The notes under the pieces were generated by a model. It had not been told where the DNA came from. It did no database searches and was given only the letters and a program-made list of their open reading frames with translations. A program made the position numbers and the translations under genes. DNA of 64,000 bases from an uncultured delta proteobacterium (GTDB taxonomy: Bacteria > Desulfobacterota > Syntrophobacteria > BM002), in contig CAVQGX010000017.1 of the NCBI GenBank assembly GCA_963712115.1, forward strand, positions 11,259 to 75,258, in the 5' to 3' direction. Positions 1-11,056 of this stretch are shown here, in pieces; positions within the stretch are counted from its first letter, which is position 1, and each line of letters opens with the position of its first letter.

Positions 1-66
1 TTTGGGAAATTGGAGAATTTGTAATTCGAATTTGTTTCGTGCTTCGGATTTAGGATTTCGAATTTT
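1..66. repeat. Arm of a degenerate 7-mer (cgaattt/ggattt) array; partner arm probably outside the window
   Basis: gaatttgtttcgtgcttcggatttaggatttcgaattt resembles the right arm at 2625-2662. Confidence 0.7.
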
Positions 67-124
67 GTGGCGGCAACTGTGCTCCCTTTGGTTCATTAAC
101 ATCCCGCTGTAATCGTAGCCGCCT

Positions 125-1024
125 TTAATCGACCTCCACGTCCCGGTGACCTGCTGTTACTGGATACCCTAGTCCTGCCAACTGGCCTCTCAGTTGCTCG
201 GTGACCACCACAGATCGATGTTTTCCTCCGGTACATCCCACTGCGATAGTTAGATAGTTTTTACCTTCCTCTCTATAACGAGGCAAGAGATAGTTAATTA
301 ACTCAGTAAACTTATCCAGAAATATTTGAGTCTGCCCCTGTTGCATGACAAAACGAATCACCGGATCTTGAGTGCCGTTCAAGTCTCTAAGCTCCTTGAT
401 AAAAAAAGGATTAGGAAGGAATCTTACGTCCATGACAATGTCTGCTTCCGCTGGCACGCCGTATTTGAATCCAAAAGATAGCACATTTACGTGAAGGGTA
501 TCTTCTTCAGGGTAGACTGTGTACAGTCTCGAGATCATCCGCTTAAGCTCATGCACATTAAGGTTGGATGTATCTATGACCCGGGTGGCCATTTCCTTTA
601 GATGCTTCAGTCGCTCACGTTCAGCCCTAATTCTGTCCAGCACAGTCCCAGTTCCCACAAGGGGATGCTTGCGCCGTGTTTGACTGAAGCGGCGCTGGAG
701 GGCCTCATCGGCTGCCTCTAGAAAGAGAATTTCCAGATTGGTACCACGCTCCCGTAGCTCGCTAAATACTCTAGGGTAACTTTCGAGAAAGCTCCGCTCA
801 CGAATATCCATGCCCAGGGCTATGTGATAGAGGTCTTCCGAGGATTTCTCTCGCAACTCGAGAAAATCTGCCAATAATACGACCGGCAGATTGTCAACGC
901 AGAAATAGTCGAGATCCTCAAATGCCTTTATGGCTGTACTCTTGCCAGACCCAGAAAGGCCGGTGACCACCACAACCCTCAATCTTCTATGTGCCTTGTC
1001 CTGCCCTTTTTGGGTCACGGTCAC
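125..1024 (-). CDS. rapZ: RNase adapter RapZ / YvcJ-family P-loop protein
   Basis: TGLSGSGKS Walker A, FCVDNLP, SFGFKYG, DVRFLPNP and GCTGGKHRSV motifs; downstream of ptsN. Confidence 0.95.
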   Translation of the reverse strand: MTVTQKGQDKAHRRLRVVVVTGLSGSGKSTAIKAFEDLDYFCVDNLPVVLLADFLELREKSSEDLYHIALGMDIRERSFLESYPRVFSELRERGTNLEILFLEAADEALQRRFSQTRRKHPLVGTGTVLDRIRAERERLKHLKEMATRVIDTSNLNVHELKRMISRLYTVYPEEDTLHVNVLSFGFKYGVPAEADIVMDVRFLPNPFFIKELRDLNGTQDPVIRFVMQQGQTQIFLDKFTELINYLLPRYREEGKNYLTIAVGCTGGKHRSVVVTEQLRGQLAGLGYPVTAGHRDVEVD

Positions 1025-1084
1025 CTCTGCAAGAGCTCTATCTCGAGATTAAATATCCCTGGAGTAATGGAGCAATTCAATTAT

Positions 1085-1228
1085 GGATTCGGGCACCAAA
1101 TCGCGGAATGGGGATTGTGGACTTCAATGCAAAACAGAAGACAGGTTTGGAATTTGCAGTTTGACATTGTTTAATCCGAAATCCGAGATTCGAAATTTCT
1201 GACACTTCAGTACTCCAATACTCAATTT
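1085..1228. repeat. Intergenic degenerate 7/8-mer repeat region with inverted arms
   Basis: cgcggaatggggattgtgga...aatccgaaatccgagattcgaaat; cacttcagtactccaatactcaat. Confidence 0.55.
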
Positions 1229-1359
1229 AAATTGTGCTCTTTGTCCACTTTGTGGTGAAAAAATACCCGTATGTGTTGGAAGGCGTATATTTTGCGACTA
1301 GATGCTCAAAGTGGCGAGATAGAGCTTACAGGGGCACATAAACCGGAGGTGCGCTATGG

Positions 1360-1821
1360 TCAGAACTCTTTATCCTCTTCCTGAATTACCAGGAAAAGTT
1401 CTTCTACGGTTCCGGCCTCCAAAAGCCTCTGACGGAAGTGAGCACTTTTGAGCAACCGGGATATCTTTGCTAAGGCACGCAAATGAATACCGGCAGAGTT
1501 TTCGGGAGCTATGAGCAAAAAAAACAGATGGGTTGGCCTGCCATCCATGGAATCAAATTCAATCCCCTGGGCGCTGCGTCCAAAGGATAGGATCAATTCG
1601 TCGAGATCCTGGATCTTGCCATGCGGTATAGCTATGCCGTCACCGATTCCGGTACTGCCCAGCCGTTCACGCTCAAGTAGTACCTCTACCAGAGCCTCTT
1701 TATTCAAATTGGCCTTGCAATTTGACAACGCTCCCGTGAGCTCCTCCAGCACCTCTTTCTTGGTCCTAGAGCGAAGCTCTGGGATGATGCAATCCTTGCT
1801 CAGGATGTCCAGTATTTTCAT
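1360..1821 (-). CDS. ptsN: PTS IIA(Ntr)-like protein
   Basis: RERLGSTGIGDGIAIPHG phospho-His motif; ATG start at 1821 (MKILDILS). Confidence 0.92.
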   Translation of the reverse strand: MKILDILSKDCIIPELRSRTKKEVLEELTGALSNCKANLNKEALVEVLLERERLGSTGIGDGIAIPHGKIQDLDELILSFGRSAQGIEFDSMDGRPTHLFFLLIAPENSAGIHLRALAKISRLLKSAHFRQRLLEAGTVEELFLVIQEEDKEF

Positions 1822-1892
1822 CAATGCTCTCAGCAAACCTTTTTTCTGCAGCGGTGAGAAACTACTTTCTCAGCCACCACGGAGCAATCCTA

Positions 1893-2435
1893 TTAGCTCT
1901 CTGGCTCTATCAGGCCGAAGTTGCCATCCTTCCGTCTATAGATGACATTGATGTTTCGGGTCTTGGCATTAGTAAAAACCAAAAATTCGCTGTTGGCAAG
2001 ATCCAACTGCATCACGGCCTCATCTACATCCATTGGCTTGGCATAAATCTGTTTTGTCTTTATGATTTGAGGTTTTTGGGCCTCTTCAAAACTCTCGCCG
2101 GCCAGGATATTCATCTTCATCACTAAGGGCTTTGTTCCGCCGTCGCTCTTCCGCTTCTTTAATTTCTCCCTGTACCTCTTTATCTGGGATTCAACCTTAT
2201 CTACCACCATATCGATGGCCGAGTACATATCGCCAGTCTCTTCTTGCCCATTGATGCGAAGGCCGTTGGCATTGATGCTTACTTCAGCGATATGCCTAAA
2301 TTTTTCTACTGAAAGCACCACATGGGCCTCAATGGGATCCTCTACATACTTTTTGATGCGATGGAGTTTTTCCTCAGCGTAATTACGCAAGGTATCTGAT
2401 GCGTCAATCTTTCTGAAAGTAACCGAAACCTGCAT
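1893..2435 (-). CDS. hpf: Long ribosome hibernation promoting factor (HPF/RaiA)
   Basis: DMYSAID and KPMDVDEAVMQL...NVIYRRKDG motifs; follows rpoN. Confidence 0.95.
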   Translation of the reverse strand: MQVSVTFRKIDASDTLRNYAEEKLHRIKKYVEDPIEAHVVLSVEKFRHIAEVSINANGLRINGQEETGDMYSAIDMVVDKVESQIKRYREKLKKRKSDGGTKPLVMKMNILAGESFEEAQKPQIIKTKQIYAKPMDVDEAVMQLDLANSEFLVFTNAKTRNINVIYRRKDGNFGLIEPES

Positions 2436-2502
2436 CTACAACCTCCCTATCAAGACTTTATTGTATAAATTTGCGGGGTGGAAAAGCACCTGAATTATGA
2501 TA

Positions 2503-2662
2503 CAAATCCCAATTCCCAAGCACCAAATCCCAAACAAATCCCAAATTCCAATGTTCCAATGTTCAAAACAGTTTTGATTTAAACAGTGTGAAGTGGGTTT
2601 GGGTCATTTGGATTTGGATAATTTGAATTTGTTTAGAATTTCGGATTTAGAACTTAGAATTT
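2503..2662. repeat. Inverted array of aaatccc/ggattt 7-mers around an AT-rich spacer
   Basis: caaatcccaattcccaagcaccaaatcccaaacaaatcc...gaatttgtttagaatttcggatttagaacttagaattt. Confidence 0.8.
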
Positions 2663-4127
2663 ATTTTTTCTTTCTTTTCTTAGTCCCCCACACTGGTTGC
2701 TTACGCAGATTGGAGGGTAATATGCCCAGCAGTTCGCGATATTTGGCTACGGTTCTGCGAGCAATGTCGATGTTCTCCTCGCGCAGCTTCTCAACAATGG
2801 CCTTATCACTGTAAGGTTTTTGCGGATCTTCGTTGGCGACAAGTTGGCGGATTCTTTCCTTCACACTCTCCGAGGCCACGGCACCACCGGTGAAACTGCT
2901 TATTGATGAGTTGAAGAAATACTTTAGCTCAAACACGCCCCTCGGTGTGTGCATGTATTTATTAGTGGTTACACGACTAATGGTGGACTCGTGCATGCTT
3001 AGATCTTCGGCAACGTCTCTCAGGACCAAAGGCTTTAGGTGGGCAATGCCTTTATCAAAAAAATCGCGTTGGAACTTTATTATACTCTCAGCCACTCGGT
3101 ATATGGTGCGTTGTCTCTGATGAATGCTTTTGATAAGCCACGCAGCAGAGCGCAACTTGCCTTGGATATATTCCCTTGCCTGATCCGAAACATCACCATC
3201 TTTACTCAAGGCCTCGCGGTAAAAAGGGCTTATCCGTAGTTTTGGCATGCCGTCTTCGTTGAGCAGGATGACAAATTCATTGTCCACCTTATACACATAG
3301 ATATCGGGGCTGATATATTGGATTTCCTCCTCGTCGTATTGCTTGCCGGGTTTAGGATCCAGCCCTGTTATTAGCTCAATGGCCTCCTTGATCTCTTCCG
3401 GCTTCCTGCCGGTGGCTTTTACAATGCTGTGGTAGTTCCTATTTTCCAAGTCATGCAAATGATTTGTGATGATGTTGATAACCAGGTCATCTTCAAGCTC
3501 CAGATTCCTTCCTTGAATGAGCAGGCACTCTTGCAGGTCCCTTGCCGCAACCCCCGGTGGGTCGAACGCCTGAACCAGATTGAGCACCTCCTCTACACAA
3601 GACTCATCGCATCCAGCCATCTCAGCGATCTCAGCCGAGGTAGCCTTTAAATATCCATCTTGGTCTAAGTTCCCAATAATCAAGGTACCTATTTCTTTCT
3701 GGGCATCACTCGCACTTGACAGGTATAGTTGCCATAATAAGTGGGCATCCAAGGAGGGCTTCTTGACTAAGCGGCTCTCTATCGCCGGTAGTTCCCTAGC
3801 TTCTTCGCGCTCTACCCGCACCCTGGGGCCAGAGGTGTATTCTCCTAAGTATTCCTCCCAGTCGAAATCTTCTTTGGGTTTCTCATCTATGGTGACCTCA
3901 GAGACATTCGCTTCACGGTTGGCGGAGTCAACCTCCTCTGTCCGATCGTCAGATTCCGCTTCAGCTTCCTGGCCCTCTTCCAATAGTGGATTACTCTGCA
4001 GTTCCTGGCTTATGGTTTCCAGCAACTCCAAGCGGGAAAGCTGCAACAGCTTGATCGCCTGCTGCAGCTGGGGCGTCATGATCAACTGTTGTGCGAGTTT
4101 TAAGTGCTGTCTGAGTTCTATTGCCAT
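2661..4127 (-). CDS. rpoN: RNA polymerase sigma-54 factor
   Basis: MTPQLQQAIKLLQL region I, HESTISR and RpoN box ARRTVAKYRE. Confidence 0.98.
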   Translation of the reverse strand: MAIELRQHLKLAQQLIMTPQLQQAIKLLQLSRLELLETISQELQSNPLLEEGQEAEAESDDRTEEVDSANREANVSEVTIDEKPKEDFDWEEYLGEYTSGPRVRVEREEARELPAIESRLVKKPSLDAHLLWQLYLSSASDAQKEIGTLIIGNLDQDGYLKATSAEIAEMAGCDESCVEEVLNLVQAFDPPGVAARDLQECLLIQGRNLELEDDLVINIITNHLHDLENRNYHSIVKATGRKPEEIKEAIELITGLDPKPGKQYDEEEIQYISPDIYVYKVDNEFVILLNEDGMPKLRISPFYREALSKDGDVSDQAREYIQGKLRSAAWLIKSIHQRQRTIYRVAESIIKFQRDFFDKGIAHLKPLVLRDVAEDLSMHESTISRVTTNKYMHTPRGVFELKYFFNSSISSFTGGAVASESVKERIRQLVANEDPQKPYSDKAIVEKLREENIDIARRTVAKYRELLGILPSNLRKQPVWGTKKRKKK

Positions 4128-4142
4128 GGTTACCAAATAAGG

Positions 4143-4919
4143 TTAGAGAGTGAACTCTTCGCCCAAATAGATGCGACGGGCGCGCTGGCTCGAAGCAATC
4201 TGGTCAGGGTCTCCTTCTTCTAAAATAGTACCTTCGTTTAGTATATATGCGCGGTCGCAGACCTTGAGGGTTTCCCGCACGTTGTGGTCGGATATCAGAA
4301 TCCCAATGCCCTTTTCCTTTAACTGGGCGACAATTTTCTGAATGTCAATAACCGCCAATGGGTCAATACCAGCAAAAGGCTCATCCAGCAAGAGAAAGCT
4401 GGGAGAGGTCACCAGGGCTCGGGTGATTTCCACCCGTCTCCGCTCACCCCCTGACAGGGAATATCCCTTGCTGCGAGCGAGGTGTCCAACATTCAGCTCA
4501 CCTAAAAGTTCTGAGAGTCGCTGTCGTCTTTCCTCACGGCTGAGGCCCATAGTTTCAAGTATGGCCAGAATATTTTGTTCCACGGTCAACTTGCGAAAAA
4601 TAGACGGTTCCTGGGGGAGATAAGTGATTCCCTCTCGAGCCCGGAGGTACATGGGTTGAGAGGTGACATCCTTGCCATCCAGAAATATCTGACCACCATC
4701 CGGGCGGATTAACCCCACAATCATGTAAAAGGTGGTGGTTTTCCCCGCTCCATTGGGACCCAGCAGACCTATGATTTCACCACGGTTAACGGTCAAGCTA
4801 ACCTTGTCCACCACGTGCCGTTTGCGGTAAATCTTTACCAGATCGGTAGCAACCAGTTTACCCAGCTGTGGCTCGGTCTTTTCCTGCTCTTCACTTTCCC
4901 TTATCGCTGGCTCCGTCAA
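4143..4919 (-). CDS. lptB: LPS export ABC ATPase LptB
   Basis: [36 protein letters not shown]; start placed at the TTG following GGAGG. Confidence 0.93.
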   Translation of the reverse strand: MTEPAIRESEEQEKTEPQLGKLVATDLVKIYRKRHVVDKVSLTVNRGEIIGLLGPNGAGKTTTFYMIVGLIRPDGGQIFLDGKDVTSQPMYLRAREGITYLPQEPSIFRKLTVEQNILAILETMGLSREERRQRLSELLGELNVGHLARSKGYSLSGGERRRVEITRALVTSPSFLLLDEPFAGIDPLAVIDIQKIVAQLKEKGIGILISDHNVRETLKVCDRAYILNEGTILEEGDPDQIASSQRARRIYLGEEFTL

Positions 4920-5466
4920 CCAAACCTCCGCTACTAGAACTGTAAATGGTCGCTTCCACAGGCCGGGATGGCCCTCCCTCGACCACACTTTTCTCAGTGT
5001 CTAAAAAAAGGGTGATTTTGTCTCCTTGAATAGAGTCTTTGCCTCGTTCAACCCGGGGCTTACCAGTGAGGATGATTTTGTTTTCCTCGTTAAAATAAAC
5101 AACGTGTTCACCGGTGGCTACAATTTCTTTCTGAGAAATGTGAACGCCACCATCAACCTCTATCCGATCCAATTGTCCTGTTAGTCCCTCTTCATTCGGC
5201 TGGGGATTTTCCTTTTCCGAGTAAAAGATGGTCATCCGGTCTCCGCGGATTGTAAGTTCTCCTTGCTTCGCCACCACATTACCGATGAAGATCACCTTCT
5301 GTAGCTGCTGGTATGCTTCAAGCCTATCGCTCACTATGTGGACAGGGGCATCCTTTGGAGCTTTAGTCTGTCCGTGGCCAAGTCCGCTGAACAGGAGCCA
5401 CATAATTGCCAGGACAATCACTGTATGAGTGCAAGTTTTGCATTTCTTGACAACCAGGTTGTTCAA
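4891..5466 (-). CDS. lptA: LPS transport periplasmic protein LptA
   Basis: Signal peptide, OstA-like PVHIVSDRL...[10 protein letters not shown]...ILTGKP; lies between lptC and lptB. Confidence 0.9.
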   Translation of the reverse strand: MNNLVVKKCKTCTHTVIVLAIMWLLFSGLGHGQTKAPKDAPVHIVSDRLEAYQQLQKVIFIGNVVAKQGELTIRGDRMTIFYSEKENPQPNEEGLTGQLDRIEVDGGVHISQKEIVATGEHVVYFNEENKIILTGKPRVERGKDSIQGDKITLFLDTEKSVVEGGPSRPVEATIYSSSSGGLVDGASDKGK

Positions 5467-5489
5467 ACAATTAATCCTGTGCCGGGCAC

Positions 5490-6101
5490 CTATGATACTC
5501 TCTGTTTTTGCCCAGTTAAAGGGCTGACCCCCTCAAGTTTTGTTCCCATGTGACGCAAAATACTCACAGACTTTTTTTCTATCTCCAGCCGCATGCCCTG
5601 GCCCTTCGTTGTGAGCCCCTGTCCTTTGAGGACGAGCTGCGCATTTGTATAGATCAACTCCTTGTCTCGATCATAGAGAAGGCGATCTGTCGTTAGTTTG
5701 TAGTCCTTGCCGAAAGTCACACCAACATTACCACTTATCTCCATGTTATTGGTGTCGGTGTGTAAAACTCCCCTATCCCCCAGGAGCTCAACCTGGCCAC
5801 CGTTTTTGAGGAAAAATATTGCCTTGACCTGGTCAAGTAGAGTTTCTTTCCTGTCATCAAAGTAAGTTGCCGTGTCTGCCCACACAGTCCACCGCGCATT
5901 CCCTTTCTTGACGTCGCGGTATTCAAAGTTTTTAAGAGTTAGATTGCCATCCTCGCTGGTCAACTCAGCTGCAATGGCCGGTAGGCTTTCTTTTGCCGAG
6001 CGCACCTGCAATCCTACAAAAATCGCTATGACCACGCCCGCCATAGCCAGGAAAAGGAGCCATCGAATGACACGGATACGTTGCCAAAATTTCTCCACCA
6101 T
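5490..6101 (-). CDS. lptC: LPS export protein LptC
   Basis: Single N-terminal TM helix plus beta-rich domain (W.VWAD.A, GNV, TDRLLYD); synteny. Confidence 0.88.
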   Translation of the reverse strand: MVEKFWQRIRVIRWLLFLAMAGVVIAIFVGLQVRSAKESLPAIAAELTSEDGNLTLKNFEYRDVKKGNARWTVWADTATYFDDRKETLLDQVKAIFFLKNGGQVELLGDRGVLHTDTNNMEISGNVGVTFGKDYKLTTDRLLYDRDKELIYTNAQLVLKGQGLTTKGQGMRLEIEKKSVSILRHMGTKLEGVSPLTGQKQRVS

Positions 6102-6292
6102 CAACTTCCAGCTCCAATTAGTGAGACTATCTTACTTGGGTTATGCAACTTCTGGGCCCATTCACTTTAATAAGCAGGGCTGTTTTCACATATACCATAG
6201 GCCTTGACACAGTGTAAAGCCCGTTGTCAGAGTAAAAAAAATAATAATATTAATAATTACAGCATATTACATTTTTATCTCCAGCTTAAGAA

Positions 6293-6847
6293 TTATGTAA
6301 TTTCAGGATTGAAGTAGACCGCAGTAATCTCCTCCCACTTCCCCTGAACCTGGAGCAAGAATTCGCAGACCTCTCGCACTGCCCTACGGCCACCTTTGCT
6401 CAGGGTGCTGGCGTGACAATAGGGACGAATATGAGAGGCGCCATCGGCAACCGCCACGGCCAATCCCACCCGTCTGAACACGGGAACGTCTACCAGATCA
6501 TCACCCACGTAGGCTACACTCTGGTCATCAAGCTCTCGTAGTTGCAAAATCTCCTCATAGTCAGCGAGCTTGTTCCTGCTTCCTTGCACCACAAGCTTAA
6601 TCCCTAGATCTCGAGCACGGTCGTCAACCACTTGCGATCTCCTACCTGTGAGCAGGGCCACCTCTATCCCAGCTCGTTGGAGCAAACGAATGCCATGGCC
6701 GTCGTGAACGTGGAAAACCTTACTTTCCTGACCATTAGCATGCCAAACTAGGCCGCCGTCGGTGAGCACTCCGTCCACATCCAAAACCAACAGCTTAATC
6801 CGTGCTGCCCGTTCTCTAACCTCTTCCTCGCCCTTTAAAAACTCCAC
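6293..6847 (-). CDS. kdsC: KDO 8-phosphate phosphatase (HAD)
   Basis: LDVDGVLTDG, F.V.DG.GI, YVGDDLVD, GG..AVRE. Confidence 0.93.
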   Translation of the reverse strand: MEFLKGEEEVRERAARIKLLVLDVDGVLTDGGLVWHANGQESKVFHVHDGHGIRLLQRAGIEVALLTGRRSQVVDDRARDLGIKLVVQGSRNKLADYEEILQLRELDDQSVAYVGDDLVDVPVFRRVGLAVAVADGASHIRPYCHASTLSKGGRRAVREVCEFLLQVQGKWEEITAVYFNPEIT

Positions 6848-6890
6848 GTCCGGATCTCCAGTAAATGAAGCCCACAGAGAAAAGCCTTAA

Positions 6891-6981
6891 GATTGGGATT
6901 TTGGATTGAGATTGCAGATTGCAGATAAAAGTTTGTGATCCTAGTTATGTCAATCTAAAATCGTCAAATCTTACATCTCAA
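6891..6981. repeat. Inverted gattgca/atct 7-mer array
   Basis: gattgggattttggattgagattgcagattgcagat...atctaaaatcgtcaaatcttacatctcaat. Confidence 0.65.
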
Positions 6982-7004
6982 TGTACTGGTTATCCTTTCG
7001 CTGA

Positions 7005-7835
7005 CTACCTCTTACCCTCATAAGTTTTAACAGCATCATGAATGGCCAGCAAGACCCGCACGAGATCCTCTATATCAGTAATGGGGAGGGAGTTGGGACC
7101 GTCGCAGCGTGCTTGCTCCGGGTCGCTGTGCACTTCCAAAAAGACCCCATCTACCCCCACAGCCACTGCGGCTCGTGCCAAGCTTTCCACGAAATGCCGA
7201 TCTCCTCCTGAACTTTCTCCAGCCCCTCCAGGTAGCTGAACGCTGTGCGTTGCGTCAAATACGACCAGGCCGTGCTCCCTCATCAACTGGAGGGAGCGCA
7301 TGTCCACAACCAAATTATTGTAGCCAAAGGTTGTGCCTCGCTCAGTGAGCAGCACCTGGCGGTTGCCCTGGGCGTGAACTTTGGCCACTACGTTGGTCAT
7401 GTCCCAGGGAGCCATAAACTGACCTTTCTTCACATTAACGGGCTTGCCTGTTGCTGCTGCAGCCATTATCAGATCAGTTTGACGACACAAGAATGCTGGT
7501 ATTTGAAGAATGTCAAGAACCTTTGCCGCTTTTTCCACCTCTGCAACTGAGTGTACATCGGAGAGTACGGGCAAATTGAATTCCCGCCGAACTGTGGCAA
7601 GAATCTCTAGCCCCTCTTCTAGCCCAGGACCCCTAAATGACCTGTGAGAGGTGCGGTTTGCTTTATCATAGGAACTCTTGAATATTAGAGGAAGTTCCCA
7701 TTTGTCGGCCAGCTTCTTAAGGTCTGCAGCTATGGCCAGAGTATCCTGACCACTTTCTATGACACATGGCCCGGCTATGAAAAAAAGGCGTCCATCGCCA
7801 ATGGTGAATGGATCCAAAACAATGGCTGGCATCAT
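7005..7835 (-). CDS. kdsA: KDO 8-phosphate synthase
   Basis: AGPCVIE, SYDKANRTS, QIPAFLCRQTDL, KKGQF, DATHSVQLPG. Confidence 0.97.
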   Translation of the reverse strand: MMPAIVLDPFTIGDGRLFFIAGPCVIESGQDTLAIAADLKKLADKWELPLIFKSSYDKANRTSHRSFRGPGLEEGLEILATVRREFNLPVLSDVHSVAEVEKAAKVLDILQIPAFLCRQTDLIMAAAATGKPVNVKKGQFMAPWDMTNVVAKVHAQGNRQVLLTERGTTFGYNNLVVDMRSLQLMREHGLVVFDATHSVQLPGGAGESSGGDRHFVESLARAAVAVGVDGVFLEVHSDPEQARCDGPNSLPITDIEDLVRVLLAIHDAVKTYEGKR

Positions 7836-7853
7836 TAACCTTTCTAATCCGCT

Positions 7854-9527
<1,674 letters not shown>

Positions 9528-9532
9528 CTAGC

Positions 9533-9659
9533 TCCCATCCACAAATGGCCCTTCTCCGCAATCTCCGGTTCAATCTGTGGATTTTTTTTTGCACCGTAAT
9601 TCTCTAAGCCTACGGGCAATCCTTTAGACTTACGGAAAATGGTCTATTTATAGATTGGA
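9533..9659. repeat. Degenerate long imperfect hairpin in the pyrG leader
   Basis: atccacaaatggcccttctccgcaa pairs imperfectly with ttacggaaaatggtctatttatagat. Confidence 0.5.
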
Positions 9660-9761
9660 AGCCTCAGCGAGTATTAAGCCGGAGTTTCCGGGTAGATTCT
9701 GCCTAACTGGAAAAGCTGAAAATATACAAAGGCCCATTATGTTCGGGGCTGAAACAGGTCA

Positions 9762-9789
9762 AGTATAGCAAGCAAAGGTCAAATGTCAA
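9762..9789 (-). promoter_or_regulatory. Putative sigma70 promoter of pyrG operon
   Basis: TTGACA-16nt-TATACT on the minus strand. Confidence 0.6.
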
Positions 9790-9835
9790 GGAAAGGGGAG
9801 ATGGTTACCCAGAGCGAGCATGCACCTTTTTTCTC

Positions 9836-9864
9836 TTGCAATTTCTCCTGAGTCATCCTATAGT
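9836..9864 (+). promoter_or_regulatory. Putative sigma70 promoter of CBS-ACT gene
   Basis: TTGCAA-17nt-TATAGT. Confidence 0.5.
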
Positions 9865-10089
9865 GATTTCACTTTAGTTTCGGAGATCTAAGAGGTCATA
9901 CATTGGGTCGCGGCTGAATCTGATGGCTGTTAGAGGCCCTAGTCTTTCCTACCGAATTCCCAAGTTGATTTCCTCATTTAAACATGCCCCGTTCTCCGCG
10001 GATCGAGGCCTTTGAGTTGGGATTTTGGAACGAACTCTTTGACATCCTTCATGGGTAAGCAGGGCCCCAAAGGAAGAGGTTGATTTTTC

Positions 10090-10695
10090 ATGCTGGTAGC
10101 CCGACGGATGTCCAGAAATCCTGTGGCTGTTTCACCAAAGGCCTCAATTCAAGAGGCCATGGAGCTAATGAAAAAGCACTCCATCCGTCACCTGCCGGTG
10201 GTTAACCGGGAAAAGAGGTTGGTGGGATGGGTTACTGACACCGACCTTCGAGGAGCGCTCATAGCCTCCATGATCGAAGATTTGACCGTTGGCGATGTCA
10301 TGATCGCCGATCCCGTTACAGTCAGGTCCACTGACGTTCTTGAACAGGCAGCCCTTCTCATTACCGAACACAAGATTGGCGGTATGCCTGTCTTAGAGGA
10401 CGGCAAGCTGGTAGGGGTAATTACAGTCGTCGACATCCTCGAAGCCTTTATAGACATCATGGGCGTACTAGGAGCCAGTTCGCGCCTCGACGTTCAACTC
10501 AGCGACTCTCGCGATGCCTTTCAAGAAGTCTCCCGGATCATTCGGGAGCATAATGGTGAGATCATTAGTGTGGGCATCTTGCGTCAAGATTCTGCTGAAA
10601 GAATTTATTCTTTTCGTATCGAAAAATGTGACACTGAACCGCTGCGCCAGGCTTTGGAAGAGCAGGGACACAAGGTTGTTTCTTCCAGCCCCTAG
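10090..10695 (+). CDS. CBS-pair plus ACT domain protein (AcuB-like)
   Basis: IRHLPVV...VG.VTDTDL and IGGMPV...VGVITVVDIL CBS repeats; C-terminal ACT-like domain. Confidence 0.88.
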   Translation: MLVARRMSRNPVAVSPKASIQEAMELMKKHSIRHLPVVNREKRLVGWVTDTDLRGALIASMIEDLTVGDVMIADPVTVRSTDVLEQAALLITEHKIGGMPVLEDGKLVGVITVVDILEAFIDIMGVLGASSRLDVQLSDSRDAFQEVSRIIREHNGEIISVGILRQDSAERIYSFRIEKCDTEPLRQALEEQGHKVVSSSP

Positions 10696-10833
10696 AATCA
10701 GGGAGCTTCAACTTAGGACAACTGTCATCCCTTGCATGTTCATCCTTTCTTCGGTATTTACTAGGATCGGCGGCAAAATCACTCACTTTGCCACTGAGTG
10801 ATTGCCCACAGTTTATCCAGACAGGGCGGATAG

Positions 10834-10872
10834 TTGTACTTCCATATTGTACTGCCATATTGTCCTAACAAT
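10834..10872. promoter_or_regulatory. Three tandem 13-bp boxes, TTGT-N4-(A/C)CA(T/A); putative operator
   Basis: ttgtacttccata ttgtactgccata ttgtcctaacaat upstream of the CoA ligase. Confidence 0.5.
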
Positions 10873-11056
10873 TCAGGTGGAAAGGAGGTGAGGCCTCACA
10901 TTGCCGCCCCATATCATTTGTTGAACCCTCGCATTGGCAGAATAAAGGCAAAATTGGACAGTAAGGCAAGGTAAATGGTCATAGCCTCAGGGTTTACCTC
11001 AGAGGCGTGAACCTGATTGTTTAAATGAGAGGCAATTGTTAACGGAGGTTTATATT

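Noticed and set aside
10881-10924. Strong AAAGGAGGTGA site suggesting a small ORF upstream of the CoA ligase
   Set aside because: Only a 7-codon TTG-initiated frame follows, with no informative composition.
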